A model generated the notes under the pieces. It saw only the letters and a program-made list of their open reading frames with translations, was not told where the DNA came from and searched no databases. A program made the translations under genes and the position numbers. A DNA stretch of 64,000 nucleotides from Escherichia phage vB_EcoM_VR7: sequence record NC_014792.1. One strand, 5' to 3'. Shown piece after piece: positions 56,040 to 64,000 of the stretch; position 1 is the first letter of the stretch; every line of letters begins with the position of its first letter.

Positions 56040-56566
56040 TATTGCATTCCTATCACAAAGAATAACGGCAAAGGCTTATCACCTTGACACATAAATTTAT
56101 TCATCATTACCTGATAAGCTTCATAGAACTTATCCATTGCAGGGAGGCGAATAGGTTCTTCAATAATGATTAAAAGACGCGTAAAACGCAATCCACGGTA
56201 CTTATGGAAATTATCTTCATCAAGGAAACTGCGTACAGTATCATAGACAACGAATCCAGGTCGTTCAACTTGAAGATGTGGTTGTGCCTTAGAAACCCGT
56301 TTTATTACATCACAGATTTCTCGTGAGCGATGTGAAGAACTTGACATAACAATCACATCATTACCCTTGGAAACCCAATCAGCAGCGAATTGAGCAAGGG
56401 CACTTGTTTTACCCGTTTGACGACCACCATCAAGTCGAAGAGTACCAAACTCTTGCATTCTTGAAGCGGGTTCATACCAGGTGTATTGGTCTGAATCTAA
56501 GCGTTCAATGGCGCGTTCAGCGAAGGCGTGCATTAAGGTTAGATAAATTGGAGTTAAAAATTTCAT
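56039..56566 (-). CDS. P-loop NTPase-like hypothetical protein
   Basis: 175 aa; Walker A-like GGRQTGKTS; Walker B-like LLIIIEEP. Confidence 0.45.
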   Translation of the reverse strand: MKFLTPIYLTLMHAFAERAIERLDSDQYTWYEPASRMQEFGTLRLDGGRQTGKTSALAQFAADWVSKGNDVIVMSSSSHRSREICDVIKRVSKAQPHLQVERPGFVVYDTVRSFLDEDNFHKYRGLRFTRLLIIIEEPIRLPAMDKFYEAYQVMMNKFMCQGDKPLPLFFVIGMQ

Positions 56567-56727
56567 AGTTGTCTCTTAGTTGTAGGGCCATTCCTTGGCA
56601 CATTAATTCGTCCATGTATCCGAATGTAAACCCCTTACCGCACTCGGGCTCGACCTTATTACAGGTAGGGAAAGGTCCATCACTCAGAGGACACGACGTT
56701 CATGAGGAGAGGGTCGGTTTGCCTTTA

Positions 56728-57027
56728 TTAAAAAGAACCAGAGCCTTTAATTGTGTTCTGGCGACCTTTATTTTCGAATTCAGAATGGTCGATTTCGTAT
56801 GCTTGTGCTACGCCAAAGGCCTTTTTAACTTTAGCTAAAGAACCTTTAGATGTAACAATATTAAAAGTATTGCCTTTGGTAAAATCAACCAAATCCACTT
56901 GCACACCCTGTTTACCGAGGCTTGCTACAATAGCATCAACATATTGTTGGTCTAAATTGCCTTGAACCCCAATTTGAAATGCTTTAGGAACTTTGGCTTC
57001 TGTGATAAATTCTTGATAAGTTAACAT
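56728..57027 (-). CDS. internal head protein (capsid-targeting sequence)
   Basis: 99 aa; N-terminal MLTYQEFITE resembles the T4 internal protein targeting sequence. Confidence 0.6.
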   Translation of the reverse strand: MLTYQEFITEAKVPKAFQIGVQGNLDQQYVDAIVASLGKQGVQVDLVDFTKGNTFNIVTSKGSLAKVKKAFGVAQAYEIDHSEFENKGRQNTIKGSGSF

Positions 57028-57056
57028 TATACACTATCCCATCATAAAGTAAACAG

Positions 57057-57320
57057 TTAAGCTTTACCGCCAGAAACAATACCAAAGGTCTCAAAGTCCC
57101 ATTCAATATCGTCAACATCAACTTTCTTACCAGCAACCACAAATGCGATTTCGCGGCGTTTTGCATAGGTAACAATTTCTTTGCCATCGCCGCCAAAGAA
57201 AGAATAACCATTGCGCTTCATGGTGCCAAAGTCTTCAGCATCACCAGCGAAGGCACGGACTTTAAAGGAGCCAGCAGGAGCTTTAGCAGATTCAGTAATA
57301 AATTCTTGATAAGTTTTCAT
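57057..57320 (-). CDS. internal head protein (capsid-targeting sequence)
   Basis: 87 aa; N-terminal MKTYQEFITE. Confidence 0.65.
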   Translation of the reverse strand: MKTYQEFITESAKAPAGSFKVRAFAGDAEDFGTMKRNGYSFFGGDGKEIVTYAKRREIAFVVAGKKVDVDDIEWDFETFGIVSGGKA

Positions 57321-57333
57321 AATGTCTCTTTAG

Positions 57334-57648
57334 TTAAGCTTTAGGGAAATCGCGCAAAAACGCATCATAAAGTTTATTACCAATGCGACGGAATGCTTTT
57401 GCCGCATGAACGTTATCTGGGTTTGCAATTTTAATCTGCATTACATGACTACCAGCCCATGATTTAGCTTCGTCATAATAACCTTTAATTTCTTTAATAG
57501 TCTTGCGTTTTCCACCAGGACCATCGACAGTAATTTTCCACGAACCAGTGCTTGTTTCACTTGGTGGGGTTAACTGTTCAATCCAGACATAACCACCTTC
57601 AACACGTTGTTGAGTAGATTCAGTAATAAATTCTTGATAAGTTTTCAT
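57334..57648 (-). CDS. internal head protein (capsid-targeting sequence)
   Basis: start moved to MKTYQEFITES; track ORF extends to 57687 through the promoter -10. Confidence 0.6.
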   Translation of the reverse strand: MKTYQEFITESTQQRVEGGYVWIEQLTPPSETSTGSWKITVDGPGGKRKTIKEIKGYYDEAKSWAGSHVMQIKIANPDNVHAAKAFRRIGNKLYDAFLRDFPKA

Positions 57649-57678
57649 TTTATATTCCATTGTTTGGTTGATAAAATC

Positions 57679-57707
57679 ATTATACAACCTTTTTAGTTAA
57701 GCGTACA
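57679..57707 (-). promoter_or_regulatory. early promoter upstream of the internal-protein genes
   Basis: GTGTACG-N17-TATAAT on the minus strand. Confidence 0.45.
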
Positions 57708-58113
57708 CAGCTTTCCCATAGTATTTGTACCAGGTAGGCTTTTGAGAAATTTTCTCATTCAGTCTGGATTGACTGATTTCAATTGACCAGATTGATGGTT
57801 GATAATCATTCTTCCATTCATCAGGAATATCATTTAAATCTTGGGTAGAAATATCTTTTATATTAAACCCTCGCTTTAAACATTCAGCAATAAGTTCTTG
57901 ATGACGGTTTTTAAGGAACAAAAGCTTATCATAAAAGAAGGTGACATGACCAGTCCCTAAAAGAAAAGATGATGGGATTTTAAAGTCAGACACCTTTTTA
58001 CCATTTTGCACATGCTTACGAACAGCACCAAACACGCGAGGAAGCTCACGGTATTCAGCCATAAGGTGTTGGTCAGCAAGTTCAGATACCAGGGTTAAAT
58101 TAATGCGAGTCAT
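57697..58113 (-). CDS. denV: endonuclease V (pyrimidine dimer DNA glycosylase)
   Basis: 138 aa; near-identical to recalled T4 DenV ([34 protein letters not shown]). Confidence 0.9.
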   Translation of the reverse strand: MTRINLTLVSELADQHLMAEYRELPRVFGAVRKHVQNGKKVSDFKIPSSFLLGTGHVTFFYDKLLFLKNRHQELIAECLKRGFNIKDISTQDLNDIPDEWKNDYQPSIWSIEISQSRLNEKISQKPTWYKYYGKAVYA

Positions 58114-58139
58114 GTTTGTTCTCCGTAGTTGATAGGGTC

Positions 58140-58168
58140 ATTATAACCCTATCGTTTGGAGATGTAAA
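58140..58168 (-). promoter_or_regulatory. early promoter cassette upstream of denV
   Basis: TTTACA-N17-TATAAT-GACCCTATCAACTACGGAGAACAAACATG. Confidence 0.5.
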
Positions 58169-58657
58169 CTAATAAGCGTCAAAAGTTCCAGTACGGAAAG
58201 TTTCAATAACTCGTTTGGCCCGGTTTGGAGTCTGGACTTTATACCATCTTGAGTCCGCCAGTTCCTTAGCAGCAGCTTCCCACGATTTGGCCTTGAGCAA
58301 TCGCAGCCCCTTAGGAAAACCAGCAACACCAGCAACACCCATTTGGAATACCATATTAATGAGTGCGCAACGACGAACTTCATCCAGTACATCATAAACA
58401 GGTTTTAAGACAGGATGTTTCAAGATTCCGGCTTTAGCTTTTTCGACCGAACGATTAAACAATGTTTCGGCTTCGTGCTGGGTTATACGGCCATTACAGA
58501 CGCGACCCATGAGCTTGTCGAGCTCGGCACGAGCAACATCTTTCGATGGGTTCTTAGTTATCAGTTGCCCGATACCGATGGTCCAATAACCTTCGGTATC
58601 TTTATACAAATCCAACTTACAACCTTCATCTATGCGTAACATTTCGAATATATTCAT
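58169..58657 (-). CDS. e: lysozyme (endolysin)
   Basis: 162 aa; [12 protein letters not shown]...YKDTEGY.TIGIG and catalytic Glu/Asp context as T4 lysozyme. Confidence 0.9.
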   Translation of the reverse strand: MNIFEMLRIDEGCKLDLYKDTEGYWTIGIGQLITKNPSKDVARAELDKLMGRVCNGRITQHEAETLFNRSVEKAKAGILKHPVLKPVYDVLDEVRRCALINMVFQMGVAGVAGFPKGLRLLKAKSWEAAAKELADSRWYKVQTPNRAKRVIETFRTGTFDAY

Positions 58658-58683
58658 AATACCCCCTTATATAGGGGTATTTA

Positions 58684-59145
58684 TTATCCGAAAATTTGAG
58701 TCAAAACCTTGTACATCGATTTACCCATTACGTATTGCCATTGACTCGGTTTAATCAGAGCAAATGCATCAAACTCTGGGACCGAACTACCATCCGGGAA
58801 GGTATGATATGCGGAGCATTTACTATGTCTGAATTGCTCATGCTCGACCGGGACCGTGTACAAAAACAGGTGAAGGTTTTTGTTATCTGAATAACGGAAC
58901 TCGCCTAGGTCTTTTAAGAATGCCGGGTCATACTGGGTAAAGCCTGTTTCTTCTTCGCATTCACGTATAGCCGCTTCAATCGGGGATTCACCGGCTTCAA
59001 CATGACCCTTAGGGATATCCCATTTATGTGCAGGCATACCCGGTTTGCGAGAACCAGTCACACGACCCATGAATAACTCTTTATCTTCAGTCATGAAAAT
59101 AATGCCGGCAGATAATTCTTTCACCACGTTTTTCTTACTCATCAT
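58684..59145 (-). CDS. nudE: Nudix hydrolase
   Basis: start moved to MMSKKNV; Nudix box GHVEAGESPIEAAIRECEEETG. Confidence 0.75.
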   Translation of the reverse strand: MMSKKNVVKELSAGIIFMTEDKELFMGRVTGSRKPGMPAHKWDIPKGHVEAGESPIEAAIRECEEETGFTQYDPAFLKDLGEFRYSDNKNLHLFLYTVPVEHEQFRHSKCSAYHTFPDGSSVPEFDAFALIKPSQWQYVMGKSMYKVLTQIFG

Positions 59146-59371
59146 CACGTTCCCAAGATTTTTTAAAGATTTCAGCCATAATAATTTCAATGCGTGTTTC
59201 TGTTGAAGGCGATTCACTACTAGAAGTTTGAACTCTGTATTCAGAAATTGGGCGGAACAAGTCCAGGTCAATTTCCAAATCATCTTTGATTTCAACTTCG
59301 GGTGTACCTTTATCATAGGAATACAGGTAAGAATCACATGACTCTGATTTAATATAAATTGCAATACTCAT
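59135..59371 (-). CDS. hypothetical acidic protein
   Basis: 78 aa. Confidence 0.45.
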   Translation of the reverse strand: MSIAIYIKSESCDSYLYSYDKGTPEVEIKDDLEIDLDLFRPISEYRVQTSSSESPSTETRIEIIMAEIFKKSWERDDE

Positions 59372-59943
59372 TTACGACATTCCTCAATAAAAGAGTTTAA
59401 TGTATTTTTCTTTGTGATATTGTCATATACCTTTTTAACTTTAGAAATACGAAAAGGTACTTCAATAACAGAGGTCCACAAAAATGATGCGATAATACCT
59501 GCAATGGCCGCAGATACTGCTGCCCCGAATACAGAAATAGGCAAGTCATTTTTCGTTGTCAGGAAAAACCACAGGATTGGAAAAAATAGTATTCCCATCC
59601 AAACATAGAACCTGGAGCACACCAACTTGTCATATTCATCGCTCCATGTACGAAAACCATATTTTTCACTATAACAAATCAATGGGTCAGGTGTTTGTTC
59701 TTTATGCGGTTCTGGTTGCCAGCCTTTAACGATGTGCTTCATTTTATATTCCTCAATTAAAAGCTCTTTCATATGACGGTTACAATGCGACCAATCAACG
59801 TTTTCCACCTTGATTCCTTCATCACCATCATCAAGGTTTGCCCAATATCTTTTGGTAATCATAAATTCATCTCTTGGAACTGGAATACCCGCACATCCAC
59901 CTTTCATATCACCCATGCAACCGGGTTCATACATCATTACCAT
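59368..59943 (-). CDS. membrane protein
   Basis: 191 aa; Cys-rich N-terminus, C-terminal hydrophobic helices. Confidence 0.5.
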   Translation of the reverse strand: MVMMYEPGCMGDMKGGCAGIPVPRDEFMITKRYWANLDDGDEGIKVENVDWSHCNRHMKELLIEEYKMKHIVKGWQPEPHKEQTPDPLICYSEKYGFRTWSDEYDKLVCSRFYVWMGILFFPILWFFLTTKNDLPISVFGAAVSAAIAGIIASFLWTSVIEVPFRISKVKKVYDNITKKNTLNSFIEECRK

Positions 59944-60623
59944 CCCTCCATAGGGAATTCCAGATATACTTGGGCATTAACGCGGATTTCATTGGTAATA
60001 TTTTTAACACGGTCAGTGTTACGAGATACACGACCAAACCAACGCCAACCATTGCGCACTGTCTGGGAACCAGTATGCCAGGTATGACAATTAAACTGCA
60101 GGAGTGTGCGGTCAGGAGCTTCCCATTGCTCTAATTCACCTGATTCAATTTTAGCCAGAACTTCTTTATGCCATTGGCGATAAATCAGTTCACCTTCTGG
60201 GATTTCACTAAAGGTGGCTTCGCCTGTAGCAAAATGGGTAGGACACACATCAGCGTTAACAAGACCAAGAATGTGTTCAGACATATAGCGAGGGTTGTCA
60301 TAATCTGGTTGACCCGCAGTAATAAAATGTTGTCCAGTTGGAATGGGTGGACGCGGAACATCATCATGATGATAGCCAGGGATAGCTGGATACCAACCCG
60401 GCATTAACATATGCACACGTGAATCAAACACAACATGTTGATTAGTCCAATCAATTGGGAGATTGGCAATAAAGCTACGAGTGATTGGACCACCATTATC
60501 CCAAGCAAAACTCAAATCACAGTTAAAAAACATTGGTTCATTTTTGATTTGGTCATTTTGTACGTTATGTGCAAAACCACCAACTGCACGAGCTTGACTA
60601 TTAAAAGTTTTAGGACCGTTCAT
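59937..60623 (-). CDS. hypothetical His-rich protein, possibly a metal-dependent oxygenase-like fold
   Basis: 228 aa; YHHDD and CHTWHTG spaced roughly as an HxD...H triad; weak. Confidence 0.45.
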   Translation of the reverse strand: MNGPKTFNSQARAVGGFAHNVQNDQIKNEPMFFNCDLSFAWDNGGPITRSFIANLPIDWTNQHVVFDSRVHMLMPGWYPAIPGYHHDDVPRPPIPTGQHFITAGQPDYDNPRYMSEHILGLVNADVCPTHFATGEATFSEIPEGELIYRQWHKEVLAKIESGELEQWEAPDRTLLQFNCHTWHTGSQTVRNGWRWFGRVSRNTDRVKNITNEIRVNAQVYLEFPMEGW

Positions 60624-60650
60624 AATATTTTCCTCATTGATTGTGGGACC

Positions 60651-60679
60651 ATTATGTCATAGCCCCATTTGGTTGTACA
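60651..60679 (-). promoter_or_regulatory. early promoter cassette
   Basis: TGTACA-N17-CATAAT-GGTCCCACAATCAATGAGGAAAATATTATG. Confidence 0.55.
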
Positions 60680-60682
60680 CAC

Positions 60683-61333
60683 TTATTTTTGTCTATTATA
60701 ATATTTCAATTCAGCGGCGCGACGTCTTTCCATTGCTTCGTCGCGAGAATCACCATAGTAAAGTTGGATTTCTTTATGATTAACAGTAATATATGATATC
60801 CATTTACCTCTGTCTTTTCTAAACTTGACACCTGTAATTGGACCAGGTGAATCTTTTCGGGTATCCTGGTCAAATGACTGTATTGATGATGAAGCCCATT
60901 CGCAAGTTTCTTTACTGTATAGCTTACATGAATTTATCCGATTAATGCTTGTACCTGCTGGACGAATACCCATATCTTCAACAAAATTCAAATAACCAGT
61001 TTTTCCCTTTGGTAGCCACCTATCACATATTTGTACACCAGCGCCACCATACTGCTTCCAACGATGATGGTTAGGATTTGTACACCTTTCAATCATGGCA
61101 GCATACGATGAATATGTAGGTTTGTCAGAAATAAATGAATAATGATATTTCTGACAGCCGCATGATTTGGTTTTACCTGATTTTATACGAGCGGCGGCTG
61201 TGACAAACTCTTTACCACAATGACAAATACAATTCCATTTAGTAGAAACTCCAGCGGTTTTATATGCTACCGAAACAAATTTGATTCCATTAATAATTTT
61301 ACCAGTCAAATCTTCTAATGGTCTTCCCATCAT
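60683..61333 (-). CDS. putative homing endonuclease-like protein with AP2-type DNA-binding domain
   Basis: 216 aa; zinc knuckle CICHCGKEF...CGC; INRINSCKLYSKETCEW motif; C-terminal GVKFRKDRGKWISYITVNHKEIQLYYG...AAELKYY is AP2-like. Confidence 0.5.
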   Translation of the reverse strand: MMGRPLEDLTGKIINGIKFVSVAYKTAGVSTKWNCICHCGKEFVTAAARIKSGKTKSCGCQKYHYSFISDKPTYSSYAAMIERCTNPNHHRWKQYGGAGVQICDRWLPKGKTGYLNFVEDMGIRPAGTSINRINSCKLYSKETCEWASSSIQSFDQDTRKDSPGPITGVKFRKDRGKWISYITVNHKEIQLYYGDSRDEAMERRRAAELKYYNRQK

Positions 61334-62295
61334 TCATCCTTTTTGAATGGTTTAATTAAATGCTGGTTAGCCTTAAAACGTTTAATATAATCGTCATGAC
61401 CTAAAGCATTATACATACTTATAATTTTACCATAATTTTCATATGCGAAGGTGCGGAACCATCCAGAAGTAATGGAGGTACAGACTTTTTCTAGTGCAAT
61501 ATGGAAGCTCACGGATGGAGATATACTAAACTCGTTAGGAACCTGCGAACGCTCCAGAGCGAGTACACATGCTTCTTCATAAACCCCTGCCAGTTTAATA
61601 ACATCAGGGAGTGCTTCAAATTTTTCACGTGAGGTCATGACTTCTGAATCATCCTTCATATAGAACTTATATGCAGGCTTATCAGCAAGCGCCACGGCCT
61701 CGTGGATGGAGTCATGGTCAAGGGTATAGATTGTATCATTAAAGAAAGTTTTCTTGCCCACGTCTAGTTTAGGGTGACTATATGACAGTGTTTCTGTCTG
61801 ACGTTGTAACATGATTTTCTGCAGTTCATCATTAAGAACAACACCCTTATTACGAAGGTAATTAATATGGCTCATGGTCTTCAGGAAGAATGGATTGTTC
61901 TTCAGATAACGATGAGATAATTTAATTGCCAGACAAATATCAGGAGTCGCCCAGTAAAAACCAGATAGACGGTCCTTTTTAATATGATTTTCAGCATATT
62001 TCAGGAGACGATAACTTGAGGTGAAATCTTCGTCTTGAAGCTCGCCAGTAATTTCTCGTACGTTGGTCAGGGCACGGACAATATAAGCTTCAAAATAGGT
62101 TTCTTTGCCATTGTACATACATTTAAAAGCTTGGACATCAGGGTTATCCACAGGAACATGAGCACCGAACATACGTGCTTTAAAGTGGTTCCATGAGCCT
62201 TGGTCGGCAATGAAATCCCAATCAGAGTTTTCAATTTTCTGACTTTCAATCAGACCAGCGTTATGTAATGCACGAGAACCAATAACTAACATCAT
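61330..62295 (-). CDS. hypothetical protein, possible nucleotidyltransferase fold
   Basis: 321 aa; N-terminal IGSRALHNAGLIESQKIENSDWDF loosely fits GS...DxD; weak. Confidence 0.4.
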   Translation of the reverse strand: MMLVIGSRALHNAGLIESQKIENSDWDFIADQGSWNHFKARMFGAHVPVDNPDVQAFKCMYNGKETYFEAYIVRALTNVREITGELQDEDFTSSYRLLKYAENHIKKDRLSGFYWATPDICLAIKLSHRYLKNNPFFLKTMSHINYLRNKGVVLNDELQKIMLQRQTETLSYSHPKLDVGKKTFFNDTIYTLDHDSIHEAVALADKPAYKFYMKDDSEVMTSREKFEALPDVIKLAGVYEEACVLALERSQVPNEFSISPSVSFHIALEKVCTSITSGWFRTFAYENYGKIISMYNALGHDDYIKRFKANQHLIKPFKKDE

Positions 62296-62308
62296 AATAT
62301 TTTCCTCA

Positions 62309-62476
62309 TTAGTAAAGACGAGTTACTTCATATTTTCCAAGTGCCGATTTTTTCGCTTCAATTCGTGAGGCAGCAAGATTGGCGGCCTCTAGTGAAGAAA
62401 ATTGAACCACTTGAGAAGTATTCTGTCTTACTCCACCTTGCGGGTGAGTGACAAAAACAATAAGAACATTATACAT
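62309..62476 (-). CDS. small hypothetical protein
   Basis: about 55 aa; first ORF after an early promoter cassette; approximate. Confidence 0.3.
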   Translation of the reverse strand: MYNVLIVFVTHPQGGVRQNTSQVVQFSSLEAANLAASRIEAKKSALGKYEVTRLY

Positions 62477-62504
62477 AATATTTTCCTCATTAGTTGACGA
62501 GATA

Positions 62505-62533
62505 ATGATACTACGTTTCTTTAGGCTTGTACA
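62505..62533 (-). promoter_or_regulatory. early promoter cassette
   Basis: TGTACA-N17-TATCAT-TATCTCGTCAACTAATGAGGAAAATATTATG. Confidence 0.55.
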
Positions 62534-62579
62534 CTAAATTTCTGCACATAAGTCCTCCTATCACATCCTTGTGATAATT

Positions 62580-62804
62580 TTAGCAGCTACTCGGATACCA
62601 GATTTGACCATCAGCACGAGCAACGAAGGTACGGCCAGCTTCTTCACCATAACAAGAGCTGTTCAACCAGTCTTCAAGACGGACTTCGCCGTCATAATCA
62701 TCGAGCTCGACACCAAAATCTTGAGCAGAAGCCATATCTTTTACTTTCTTATACAGTGCAGCCAGTTCAAGGGAAGCTTTTTCTAATTCATTAATATTGG
62801 ACAT
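62580..62804 (-). CDS. small acidic protein, C-terminal W-x-S-S-x-C family
   Basis: 74 aa; ends IWYPSSC. Confidence 0.5.
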   Translation of the reverse strand: MSNINELEKASLELAALYKKVKDMASAQDFGVELDDYDGEVRLEDWLNSSCYGEEAGRTFVARADGQIWYPSSC

Positions 62805-62813
62805 TTTATCACC

Positions 62814-63041
62814 TTAGCAAGACATAGAGGAGTTGTACCAGAAACCTTTACCATCTGGGATACCGTAATCACCACGAATCCAGTCATACTCTTCGTATTC
62901 TGGACAACCCGCGGGAATATATCGTTGAAGACTGTCAGCATATACATGAAAGTATTCACCAGTTTTATCGGCCAGTTGTTCACCTTCACAGATTAGTGCA
63001 CGGATTTGGTCTTCAATTTCTTTAACAGTTTTAGCAGTCAT
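62814..63041 (-). CDS. small acidic protein, C-terminal W-x-S-S-x-C family
   Basis: 75 aa; ends FWYNSSMSC. Confidence 0.5.
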   Translation of the reverse strand: MTAKTVKEIEDQIRALICEGEQLADKTGEYFHVYADSLQRYIPAGCPEYEEYDWIRGDYGIPDGKGFWYNSSMSC

Positions 63042-63050
63042 TTTATTTCC

Positions 63051-63248
63051 TTAGCATTCGTAAGAGGAGGACACCCAAGAGGTACCACTAATAGTAATAC
63101 AGCCATTATAAAGCGTGATATGTCGTTCTAGGTCACGCTGACCATCAATATAGATATCAGCTTCTTCACGTTCTTCTTTACAAATCTGGATAACGTTTTC
63201 AATAGCTGCCGCGGCAGTACGGATTGCACAATCTAATTCACGAGACAT
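63051..63248 (-). CDS. small acidic protein, C-terminal W-x-S-S-x-C family
   Basis: 65 aa; ends SWVSSSYEC. Confidence 0.5.
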   Translation of the reverse strand: MSRELDCAIRTAAAAIENVIQICKEEREEADIYIDGQRDLERHITLYNGCITISGTSWVSSSYEC

Positions 63249-63257
63249 AATAGTTCC

Positions 63258-63539
63258 TTAACATTCAGAAGAGGAGGACACCCAACCGCCTTTTTCCAGG
63301 CTGGTAGTGTAATCATGTTGGTTTACAATAGCCCATTCAGGATGACCATGTTCTTCCCAATGAGCAAGGTCAGCTTTCAGGGCGCCAGGAGAATAATAGT
63401 CACCGCCCATACCGCGAGCAGGGTATATATTAAAATGAGTCTCATATTTGTCTGCAATTTCCTCGGCACGACGAATAGCTTTATGGATGTCATTTACTGC
63501 GTTAGCCAGTTCTTTATTTTTACGGTAATCATTCATCAT
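63258..63539 (-). CDS. small acidic protein, C-terminal W-x-S-S-x-C family
   Basis: 93 aa; ends GWVSSSSEC. Confidence 0.5.
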   Translation of the reverse strand: MMNDYRKNKELANAVNDIHKAIRRAEEIADKYETHFNIYPARGMGGDYYSPGALKADLAHWEEHGHPEWAIVNQHDYTTSLEKGGWVSSSSEC

Positions 63540-63548
63540 AGCGTTTCC

Positions 63549-63839
63549 TTAGCACATTGCCGAAGAGGAGACCCAAGCACCAACTGTAACGACACCGTTT
63601 TCAACTTCACCGCCGTTGTTTTCAATTTCATCTTTAAACCACTGGGAGCATTCATAACCGACAGGATAATATGTACGGCCCGAACCATAATCACCGGTAC
63701 CAAATTGGATACCATATTCATCTGCGATTTCTTCACAGTGTTTTTCAATTTCAGAGGTCTTATTTAGAAGAGAATAGATAGCTTTTTCTGCAGATTTCTC
63801 ATCATAATACTTGGGGATAGCAATTTCAATTTTATTCAT
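63549..63839 (-). CDS. small acidic protein, C-terminal W-x-S-S-x-C family
   Basis: 96 aa; ends AWVSSSAMC. Confidence 0.5.
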   Translation of the reverse strand: MNKIEIAIPKYYDEKSAEKAIYSLLNKTSEIEKHCEEIADEYGIQFGTGDYGSGRTYYPVGYECSQWFKDEIENNGGEVENGVVTVGAWVSSSAMC

Positions 63840-64000
63840 GATTTACATTCCTTAATAAAGGTTTCAAGGTCATTACGTTTTGTTTTGTCTAGGAACTTAT
63901 TATACTCAGCCATTGCTGAAGCGTATCTCTTCCGACTAGGAGCATTCACGGCATTTGTGTGGCAAATATCATACACAACAGGGATAAAATAAGACACAAC

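Noticed and set aside
56567-56727. Possible tRNA or small RNA gene in the long intergenic region
   Set aside because: I could not fit a cloverleaf (no GTTCRANYC T-loop, no matching 7-bp acceptor stem) on either strand; kept only as a structured-region observation.
58658-58683. Palindrome ATACCCCCTTATATAGGGGGTAT between nudE and e as a late promoter
   Set aside because: It contains only AATAAATA-like sequence, not an exact TATAAATA at suitable spacing; more likely a hairpin terminator for nudE.
7203-62533. GTGTACAC palindromes as restriction or methylation target sites
   Set aside because: They occur at fixed spacing from -10 hexamers and inside hairpin loops, so promoter -35 and terminator context explains them.
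1-64000. CRISPR array, tRNA cluster, rRNA
   Set aside because: No regularly spaced direct repeats with unique spacers and no recognisable tRNA T-arm motifs were found; the recurring repeats are the promoter and leader cassettes.

Overview
This window reads as a ~64 kb stretch of the early/replication region of a T4-like myovirus, with nearly all genes on the minus strand in T4-like order: rIIA, topoisomerase gp39, dexA, dda, two ModA/ModB-like ADP-ribosyltransferases, soc, gp56, primase gp61, sp, dmd, helicase gp41, uvsX, DNA polymerase gp43, regA, gp62/44/45, gp46/47, gp55, endonuclease VII, nrdC, rI, tk, regB, internal head proteins, denV, lysozyme e and nudE. Calls rest on motifs and remembered T4 protein sequences; no database search was run. 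Coordinates for ORFs I derived myself (those under 60 aa, or with adjusted starts) are approximate to within a few bases. The T4 genes 42, alpha-gt, beta-gt and nrdD/nrdG are missing from their expected slots, which are filled with small hypothetical genes. At least 17 copies of a conserved early promoter plus leader cassette (TGTACA-N17-TATAAT-like followed by ...CCCATCAACTACTGAGGA... or ...GATTCCATACTGAGTTAC...) sit in front of gene blocks, often next to UUCG-tetraloop hairpins. Leads for an undescribed system, none established: a tandem array of five small paralogs sharing a C-terminal W-x-S-S-S-x-x-C tail beside a possible nucleotidyltransferase, a macro-domain protein, a clear Pol-beta-type nucleotidyltransferase, a highly acidic protein, and several small paralog families. 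No tRNA, rRNA or CRISPR array was found.
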